Shown here piece after piece: positions 26,204-32,000 of a DNA stretch of 32,000 bases. Made by a program: the position numbers and the translations under genes. The DNA is from Massilicoli timonensis (GTDB lineage: Bacteria; Bacillota_I; Bacilli_A; Erysipelotrichales; Erysipelotrichaceae). The stretch covers positions 83,729 to 115,728 of the forward strand of contig NZ_LT963432.1 of assembly GCF_900199515.1 (NCBI RefSeq). Direction: 5' to 3'. Numbering within the stretch: the stretch's first letter is position 1; each line of letters starts with the position of its first letter. The notes beneath the pieces were generated by a model, which was given only the letters and a program-made list of their open reading frames with translations, was not told the origin of the DNA and did no database searches.

Positions 26204-26230
26204 AATAGGCAATAGCCTAATCCTCTGTTT

Positions 26231-27331
26231 TCATTCTTGTTCTTGATTCGCTTTCGCGTATCGATCCGCTTCCTCCTGCATCACTTCATCAAAATCATAC
26301 CAAATATCTTCCCATTCACCGACCTGATCCTTGGTCAGCGCATGCAGATAAGAGCGAAATGCGATCTGTGCCAAAGCCGCAAAGATCGGTGATAGTAAGA
26401 CCCCGACGATCCCAAACAGACCTTGTGACAGAAATAAGAACACAAAGGCAAGAAACGGTCTGACGTCCATCGTTTTTTGAAAGATAAACGGCTGTAACAC
26501 ATTCGCCTCTAGCTGCTGTACGATCCACACAAGTGCCAGCGCCACATAGGGAATCTGATCACAGGATACAAACGCGACCAGCACGATCAAAAAAAAGCCC
26601 AGCGTCGCCCCGATATAAGGCCAAAGGTTCAGCAGTGCCAATACACTGGCATAAAGAAAGGCGCCGGGAAAACCGCCCAGATACAGGATCACACCGCAGC
26701 TGATGACCAGAAAGCCCAGATCGATCGCGGTACCGATCAAGTATTGATAAATGATATTGTTCATCGTTTGGTAAAAGTTTTCCATACGGGGATGCTTAGG
26801 CAAAAGCTTTTTGGCGGTATGCATCACAAAGGGCAGATCCAGGGCCAGAAAAAACGCTGTGATATAAGCGATCATCATGTGCATGATCTGCTTGGCCATA
26901 TCAGAAAGGGAGGCAAGCAAAAAAGCAGAGCCCTGTGTGATTACATCTTTTTTCAGATCCTGCACTTCCTTTGGCAATACGTGCAGCACCTGTTCCAGCC
27001 CTGCTAACAAAGAGGAACTGCGTTCATAAAGACGCTGCAGCTGTTCATAAAAGGAAGGCAGGAAAAAAAGCAAAAACAGCAGCAGCGCTAATGCGACACC
27101 GACATATACAAGGTAAACAGCACGGCGATAACGCATGCGCCGATTCAGTTTCAATACGAGCGGCTGAAACAACAGCGCTAATATGATACCGAAAGCGATT
27201 GGATAAAGCACTTCCAGTAAATGAAGCAGAATCGGAAACAGCAGCAGTTCTTTGCTGATAAGGATGATCACAAACAAAGTAAGCAGTGGAAGCAATAAGC
27301 GCTTTGCATATTCGTTTCCTTTTTTTATCAT
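26231..27331 (-). CDS. AI-2E family transporter (PerM/YhhT-like, UPF0118)
   Basis: A 366-aa polytopic membrane protein with the family-typical C-terminal half (...NLWPYIGATLGFFLIVLVAF...LEANVLQPFIFQKTMDVRPFLAFVFL...). This is the only in-frame ATG before the first TM segments. Confidence 0.75.
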   Translation of the reverse strand: MIKKGNEYAKRLLLPLLTLFVIILISKELLLFPILLHLLEVLYPIAFGIILALLFQPLVLKLNRRMRYRRAVYLVYVGVALALLLFLLFFLPSFYEQLQRLYERSSSLLAGLEQVLHVLPKEVQDLKKDVITQGSAFLLASLSDMAKQIMHMMIAYITAFFLALDLPFVMHTAKKLLPKHPRMENFYQTMNNIIYQYLIGTAIDLGFLVISCGVILYLGGFPGAFLYASVLALLNLWPYIGATLGFFLIVLVAFVSCDQIPYVALALVWIVQQLEANVLQPFIFQKTMDVRPFLAFVFLFLSQGLFGIVGVLLSPIFAALAQIAFRSYLHALTKDQVGEWEDIWYDFDEVMQEEADRYAKANQEQE

Positions 27332-27337
27332 GGAAAT

Positions 27338-27366
27338 TCAAAAGAAAGCCCCAGGATCGTGGGGCT
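27338..27366 (-). terminator. Hairpin plus T-rich tract after the small membrane protein gene
   Basis: Stem agcccca (27347-27353) / tggggct (27360-27366), followed on the minus strand by ttcttttg. It ends only about 7 nt before the AI-2E transporter ATG. Confidence 0.5.
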
Positions 27367-27541
27367 ATTCGCTCATCAGATAGTCGCTGATACCATCTTC
27401 AAACTGATGTACCTTACGCATCAGTTTTTTCTTTGTCCGTTTGCTTTTATGACGCAGTTCATCCAATTCATCTTCTTTGGTATAGCCGATGCAGATGCCG
27501 GCAACTACGCCTAGTGCAATGCAAAGCAAATCTTTCTTCAT
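27365..27541 (-). CDS. Small membrane-anchored protein (58 aa), YtxH-like topology, function unknown
   Basis: An N-terminal TM helix (LLCIALGVVAGICIGY) followed by a highly charged tail (KEDELDELRHKSKRTKKKLMRK). Start at ATG 27541, preceded by caaaggagtgatggta. Confidence 0.5.
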   Translation of the reverse strand: MKKDLLCIALGVVAGICIGYTKEDELDELRHKSKRTKKKLMRKVHQFEDGISDYLMSE

Positions 27542-27588
27542 TACCATCACTCCTTTGTCAATCGTATTATGCACAAATGAAGATGGTT

Positions 27589-29793
27589 TTATTCAATGAT
27601 TTGCAATTCTCCATCATATACAGGCACCTTTTCTTCTTCGTTTGAGCCGACAAGCCGTTTGACAAGGGCGGTTTTTCGCTGGTGGCGTTCATTGGTGCTG
27701 CCCGCATAGTAAAACGCGTCCTCACTTCCCAGCAAAACGATTGCCTGTTTGGCGCGGGTAATTGCCGTATAAAGCAAACGTCTGCTTAATAAATAGCGGT
27801 AATCGTAAACGATCGGCAAAATGACGATCGGATATTCACTGCCCTGCGCTTTATGTACGGAAATACAATAAGCATGGGTAATATGCGAAAACTGCTCGTT
27901 TCGATAAGAAACGATCGCATCATCAAAGGAAGCGGTGATTACCGTTTCATGGAGTGCATTATCCGAAGCGGTCTCGATCTCGATGATTTCACCGATATCA
28001 CCGTTATATACATTATCCTCTACTTGATTTTTCAGCTGTAAAATGCGATCTCCTTCACGAAAGATCCGATTTCCCACATGAACTTCCCGTTTCCATGTCT
28101 CACTTGGATTACATAGTTTCTGCAAAGCATGATTAAGCGCATCGATACCGGCAACGCCCTGATACATCGGTGCGATGACCTGCATATCACAAGGGTCATA
28201 TCCTTTTTCTAAAGCATGCGCCACGATCTTTATGATCTGATCCTTGACTTCAAAGTTTTCGCAAGGAAAAAAAGCAACGTCACGACCGTTTTTTAAGCAT
28301 GCCTCCTGCCCTTCCAACACCCCATGCGCCAGTTCGATCACTTCGCTGCCTTCCGCCTGACGATAAATATGATGCAAGCGGATAAAAGGAAAACACTTGG
28401 CGGCGATCAAATCTTTTAACAAAGTTCCGCAGCCGACACTTTCCAGCTGGTTTTCATCCCCGATCAAAACAAGCTTCTGCACGTGTCCGCAAGCACAAAG
28501 CAAATGATAAAAGAGCCAATTATCCACCATGGAAAACTCATCGATGAATAAAACATCAGCGTCGATAGGATGCTGCTCATTTACTTCAAAGGTATTGTCG
28601 GTAATATTCCAGCGCAGTAAACGATGGATTGTCGAAGCAGGCGCATCGCTTAATTCCGATAAGCGCTTGGCCGCTCTGCCGGTCGGGGCGCAAAGCATCG
28701 CTTTGCCATTTGGATAAAACCGCTTATATAACTGTAAGATCCCTTTGACGATCGTCGTCTTGCCGGTTCCCGGCCCCCCGCTTAATAAAAGGAGCGGTTC
28801 TTCAAAAAATAAGCGGATCGCTTCTTTCTGGGTTTCATCATATGTAACATGAAGTTCCTTTTCTACCTCATTGATCGCTTCTGTGAGGCCGCTGCACTCC
28901 CACGTCGTATCATCATATGGAAAATGAGATAAAAACGAAGCAATCCCGCACTCCGCTTCATATTGTGTATAATGAAACAGTTTTGTCCCCTCCATGACGA
29001 TCAGCTTTTTTTCTGCCAGTTCTTCTAAACAGGCGTCCACATCAAAATACAGTTCATTTTTTTGGTTGATCGCTTCCACCAGCTCCTCTTTCCAAAGAAA
29101 ACTGTCGCCCTGCCGCATACAACGCTCCATCAGAACAGATAAACAATAGGCTTGTGCACGTTCGATACTGTCGCTTGGATAATGCAGCGCCTGTGCCAGC
29201 TTATCTGCGCTCGCAAACCCGATTCCATCTATTTCATAAACAAGCCGATAAGGATTTTCCTTTACAAGCGCCACTGCCTGTTCGCCATAGTGATTTTCAA
29301 TACGCTGTGCCATTGCAAGGGAAAGCCCGTGCCCGACAAAAAAAGAATGAAAGCTGTATCCGTTTTGTTCCTCTATGCCGTTTAAGATCACATATTTATG
29401 TTTTTTCAAAGAAGCGGGCAGATGATCTAGGATCGCAGCATCCGCTTTTATTTTTGCGATCGCATCTTCCCCTAATGCCTCTACCAGCTGTTCAGCACTT
29501 TTTTTACCGATACCGGGAAAAAGCGAACTGCTGAAATAACGAATCAGCGCATCTTTTTCGCTCGGCTGCCGGACTTGATAAGCATGCAGCTGAAACTGCA
29601 TGCCATAACGAGGATGCTCGACATAACAACCGCTTAATTCATATAGATGATCTTTGTGCAACACCGGCATGATACCGGTTACCGTAATACTTTGACGACT
29701 GTTTACAAGAAGAAATTTCGCTACGCGATAATGATTTTGTTCATTGTGAAAAATAGTGATCTGATAAGATGCCTTCACGCTGATTTGTTCCAT
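27589..29793 (-). CDS. recD2: RecD2-type ATP-dependent DNA helicase (RecD/TraA family)
   Basis: Walker A GGPGTGKTT, FIDEFSMVD, and the C-terminal SVHKAQGSEYPIVILP and LLYTAITRAK motifs. The N-terminal domain is OB/HhH-like. Length is 734 aa. Confidence 0.85.
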   Translation of the reverse strand: MEQISVKASYQITIFHNEQNHYRVAKFLLVNSRQSITVTGIMPVLHKDHLYELSGCYVEHPRYGMQFQLHAYQVRQPSEKDALIRYFSSSLFPGIGKKSAEQLVEALGEDAIAKIKADAAILDHLPASLKKHKYVILNGIEEQNGYSFHSFFVGHGLSLAMAQRIENHYGEQAVALVKENPYRLVYEIDGIGFASADKLAQALHYPSDSIERAQAYCLSVLMERCMRQGDSFLWKEELVEAINQKNELYFDVDACLEELAEKKLIVMEGTKLFHYTQYEAECGIASFLSHFPYDDTTWECSGLTEAINEVEKELHVTYDETQKEAIRLFFEEPLLLLSGGPGTGKTTIVKGILQLYKRFYPNGKAMLCAPTGRAAKRLSELSDAPASTIHRLLRWNITDNTFEVNEQHPIDADVLFIDEFSMVDNWLFYHLLCACGHVQKLVLIGDENQLESVGCGTLLKDLIAAKCFPFIRLHHIYRQAEGSEVIELAHGVLEGQEACLKNGRDVAFFPCENFEVKDQIIKIVAHALEKGYDPCDMQVIAPMYQGVAGIDALNHALQKLCNPSETWKREVHVGNRIFREGDRILQLKNQVEDNVYNGDIGEIIEIETASDNALHETVITASFDDAIVSYRNEQFSHITHAYCISVHKAQGSEYPIVILPIVYDYRYLLSRRLLYTAITRAKQAIVLLGSEDAFYYAGSTNERHQRKTALVKRLVGSNEEEKVPVYDGELQIIE

Positions 29794-29828
29794 TTACAAG
29801 CCCCCTTTCCCTATAAAATAAGATCTGC

Positions 29829-30581
29829 TTACAAAAATGTCGCAAGCAGATTGTTCATAAAATGCAGAAGCACGCTGCTGTAAATGGTCTGATTCTTTTC
29901 ATAGGAGTAACAAAGCAGACAACTGACGCCGCCATAAAGAAGCAGATACCACCCATCATTCCAGTTACCGACAAGGAAAGAATCATAAACGTGCAGCAGA
30001 CCGAATGCAAAAGCGGTAAGAAGCATCGCCGACACGACGCCCATATATCCCCGCAGCGTACGGTAAATCCCGCCGCGGAATACACTTTCCTCAACGATCG
30101 GCGAATAGATAAGAATCGTAAAAAAGCTTAACAGCGGCGAACGTTCAAGCTCTGCTAAAACGACCTGCTCATTGGCGCTGTCGCTCAAACCGCTGAAATG
30201 AGTTACGATAAGACCGATGACCAAAGAAACGACAAACATTGCTCCCATATAGCATAGATTGCTGAAAAGCAGATCAGGGCGTTCCTTTCGATAATGCAGA
30301 TGCGACTGCCGCCAAATCGGAAAAGCGATGAGCAGCGTCGATAAGATCATCCATACATAGGTAAGAAACAAATAACTGTCCGGCACGTAATAAGCATTTG
30401 GATCGATTGCGAGCGTGATCTTTGCCAATAGCTTCGGATATAGAAAAAGATAACCGATAAAATAATGCGCCAGTAAAAGCAGCAGCCGCCACCATGGCAA
30501 AGGAGAGCGGGCAAGCCGTCTACTGTTTGGCATAGCGTTTAATTTTCTCATTGAGCGATTCTTCCTCCAAATAGACATCAT
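29829..30581 (-). CDS. CPBP family intramembrane glutamic endopeptidase (CAAX protease/Abi-like)
   Basis: Motifs EESVFRG, FGLLHVY and HFMNN within a multi-TM protein. The start is uncertain: ATGs at 30581/30578, 30551 and 30533 all overlap the 3' end of mnmA (stop at 30520). Confidence 0.7.
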   Translation of the reverse strand: MMSIWRKNRSMRKLNAMPNSRRLARSPLPWWRLLLLLAHYFIGYLFLYPKLLAKITLAIDPNAYYVPDSYLFLTYVWMILSTLLIAFPIWRQSHLHYRKERPDLLFSNLCYMGAMFVVSLVIGLIVTHFSGLSDSANEQVVLAELERSPLLSFFTILIYSPIVEESVFRGGIYRTLRGYMGVVSAMLLTAFAFGLLHVYDSFLVGNWNDGWYLLLYGGVSCLLCYSYEKNQTIYSSVLLHFMNNLLATFL

Positions 30582-31665
30582 CGATCACCCCGCCGCCTAA
30601 ACAAACTTCATCAAGATAAAAAACTGCTTCCTGTCCACAAGTAACACTCGCGACTTTCTGCGGATAATAGACCATGACGCGATCTTCATCAAGAAAGCGA
30701 ATCGTTACCGGATGATCCTTCTGGCGATAGCGAAATTTTGCCGTACAGGCGAAGTCGCCATCCGGACGTGCCGCTTTCAACCAATTTACCCCGGTTACCA
30801 GACAGCGATCGGAATAAAGCCACTTTTGATCATCTTGATTTGCGACGTATAAAATATTTTTTTCAACATCTTTTCCTACGACAAACCAAGGTCCCATATT
30901 ACCGCCGATCCCCAGCCCTTTACGCTGTCCGATCGTATAATATAACACGCCAATATGCGTACCGACCTGTTTTAATGTATGAATGTCAATGATGACCCCA
31001 TCTTTGCTCGGCAAATAATTTTGTAAAAACGCGCGAAAATTGCGTTCTCCGATGAAGCAGATCCCGGTCGAATCTTTTTTCTTGGCAACCGGCAAAGCGA
31101 TTTCATCGGCAATCCGGCGCACCTGTGTTTTTTCCAAATCACCGATCGGAAATAATGTATGCGCCAAAGCATCTTTGGGAATCTGACAAAGAAAATAAGT
31201 CTGATCTTTATTATCATCTTTTCCTCTTAATAAAACGCTTCCCTCCTGCTCATGTGCTACTCTGGCATAATGTCCGGTAGCGATCCACGTAAACCCCAGT
31301 TTTTTCGCATAGCGGTAAAAAGCATCGAATTTAATGTATTTGTTGCACAAAATATCAGGATTCGGCGTTCTGCCGCGTTTGTATTCGTCAAGAAAAGTCG
31401 TAAAAACATCGTTCCAGTATTCTTCGATAAAATCTACACGCAATAATTCCAGTCCCAATTTATCGGCAACTGCCTTAGCGTCTAAATAATCCTGTTCCTG
31501 CGGACAGATGTCATTTTGGATGGTCGGATTACCTAAAATGTCGTTATTCGCAAACGCATCCCAATTACGCATAAACGCACATACGACTTCATGTCCCTGT
31601 TTTTTCAAAATATAAGCCGCAACAGCAGAATCTACACCGCCGGATAAGCCTAGCAATACTTTCAT
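30520..31665 (-). CDS. mnmA: tRNA 2-thiouridine(34) synthase
   Basis: PP-loop LSGGVDSAVAA, a conserved Cys context (GRTPNPDILCN) and C-terminal barrel regions. SD aaaaggtgatcgt precedes the ATG at 31665. Confidence 0.9.
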   Translation of the reverse strand: MKVLLGLSGGVDSAVAAYILKKQGHEVVCAFMRNWDAFANNDILGNPTIQNDICPQEQDYLDAKAVADKLGLELLRVDFIEEYWNDVFTTFLDEYKRGRTPNPDILCNKYIKFDAFYRYAKKLGFTWIATGHYARVAHEQEGSVLLRGKDDNKDQTYFLCQIPKDALAHTLFPIGDLEKTQVRRIADEIALPVAKKKDSTGICFIGERNFRAFLQNYLPSKDGVIIDIHTLKQVGTHIGVLYYTIGQRKGLGIGGNMGPWFVVGKDVEKNILYVANQDDQKWLYSDRCLVTGVNWLKAARPDGDFACTAKFRYRQKDHPVTIRFLDEDRVMVYYPQKVASVTCGQEAVFYLDEVCLGGGVIDDVYLEEESLNEKIKRYAKQ

Positions 31666-31697
31666 ACGATCACCTTTTCTGATTTCATAATCTATTA

Positions 31698-31725
31698 TAT
31701 TGTACCGGAAACCGAAATATAATCA
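31698..31725 (-). promoter_or_regulatory. Putative sigma-A promoter of mnmA
   Basis: The minus strand reads TTGATT (31725-31720), a 16-nt spacer, then TACAAT (31703-31698), which overlaps a TATAAT (31698-31693). Confidence 0.5.
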
Positions 31726-31816
31726 AGTAAAAATCACAAAAAAAGGGACGGCTTGCCTCGATCGTTACAAATTGGCGATCGACCACTCTTTTATCCCAAA
31801 AAAGCAAAAGAAAACA

Positions 31817-31862
31817 ATAAAAAGCAAACACGATTCTTCTTAGAGGAAGAGAAGGTGTTTGC
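31817..31862 (-). terminator. Second terminator downstream of the rRNA operon
   Basis: On the minus strand, a 9-bp outer stem AGCAAACAC/GTGTTTGCT (plus coordinates 31854-31862 and 31822-31830) with inner TCTTC/GAAGA pairing, followed by TTTTT. Confidence 0.6.
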
Positions 31863-31873
31863 TGTCTGAATAT

Positions 31874-31895
31874 AAAAAAAGCCTCGTTTAGAGGC
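31874..31895 (-). terminator. First terminator immediately after the 5S rRNA
   Basis: The minus strand reads GCCTC-TAAAC-GAGGC followed by TTTTTTT (plus coordinates 31881-31895 for the stem, 31874-31880 for the run). Confidence 0.7.
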
Positions 31896-31900
31896 AAGAA

Positions 31901-32000
31901 GGACCGGCGAAGTGCTATCTTGACTGAGGCAAGCCCAGCTATTGTCGCCGCTGAAGTGCTTAACTTCTGTGTTCGGGATGGGAACAGGTGTGTCCACTCC
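31901..32000 (-). rRNA. rrf: 5S ribosomal RNA, 3' ~100 nt (5' end outside window)
   Basis: The reverse complement reads ...GGACACACCTGTTCCCATCCCGAACACAGAAGTTAAGCACTTCAGCGGCGA..., matching the universally conserved bacterial 5S loop A/B/C core (CCGAACACnGAAGTTAAG). The 3' end is placed within +/-5 nt by analogy with Bacillus 5S. Confidence 0.85.

Noticed and set aside
26204-26225. The small hairpin taggc-aata-gccta after the dut terminator, considered as a terminator for the convergent AI-2E gene.
   Set aside because: The stem is only 5 bp, and on the minus strand it is followed by an A-run rather than a U-run. It is not convincing as an intrinsic terminator.
27589-30581. RecD-like helicase plus CPBP/Abi-like protease as a candidate anti-phage defence pair.
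   Set aside because: The mnmA-recD2 linkage is a conserved housekeeping arrangement in Bacillota (from memory of Bacillus yrrC). The helicase has the standard RecD2 motifs and no nuclease or effector fusion. There are no flanking mobile-element or defence-island hallmarks.
31666-31900. A possible tRNA gene between the 5S rRNA and mnmA, which is common downstream of rrn operons.
   Set aside because: I found no T-loop (GGTTCGAAT-like) or cloverleaf-compatible arms on either strand. The region is explained by terminator hairpins and the mnmA promoter.
31685-31997. The ORFs at 31685-31897 and 31791-31997 (minus strand, 68-70 aa).
   Set aside because: They run through the 5S rRNA gene and its terminator hairpins. 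They have no SD and their composition is not protein-like.

Overview
The window looks like a chromosomal, mostly housekeeping segment of a low/mid-GC Gram-positive (Bacillota-type) genome; I cannot identify the species from sequence alone. About 26 protein genes are densely packed, most on the minus strand and co-oriented with a 5S rRNA gene whose 3' part enters at the right edge (minus strand, about 31901-32000). Left to right the window holds: a DUF4438-like gene tail; a BI-1/YccA membrane protein; threonine dehydratase; a double-SIS sugar-phosphate isomerase-like protein; a PdaC-like polysaccharide deacetylase lipoprotein; typA/bipA; a translationally coupled pair of ABC exporter half-transporters; a pncA-pncB-membrane protein operon (NAD salvage); feoA-feoB; gdhA; an orphan sortase-anchored surface protein; a tightly packed nadE-like / B12-radical-SAM::GNAT / Nudix module; a CBS-domain family II pyrophosphatase; dut; an AI-2E transporter; a small membrane protein; recD2; a CPBP protease; and mnmA. 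I saw no CRISPR array, transposase, integrase or phage genes. I found no clear-cut novel system. The best candidates for follow-up are: (1) the nadE-like / radical-SAM::GNAT / Nudix gene string, including a natural rSAM-GNAT fusion and a NadE whose glutaminase domain appears catalytically dead; (2) a several-fold excess of GATC across the whole window; (3) a DUF2238-like membrane protein translationally coupled to pncB, a candidate vitamin B3 transporter; (4) an uncharacterised surface protein with a non-canonical APNTG sorting signal; (5) several operator-like repeats and palindromes in promoter regions. All family assignments come from motif recognition by eye, not from database searches.
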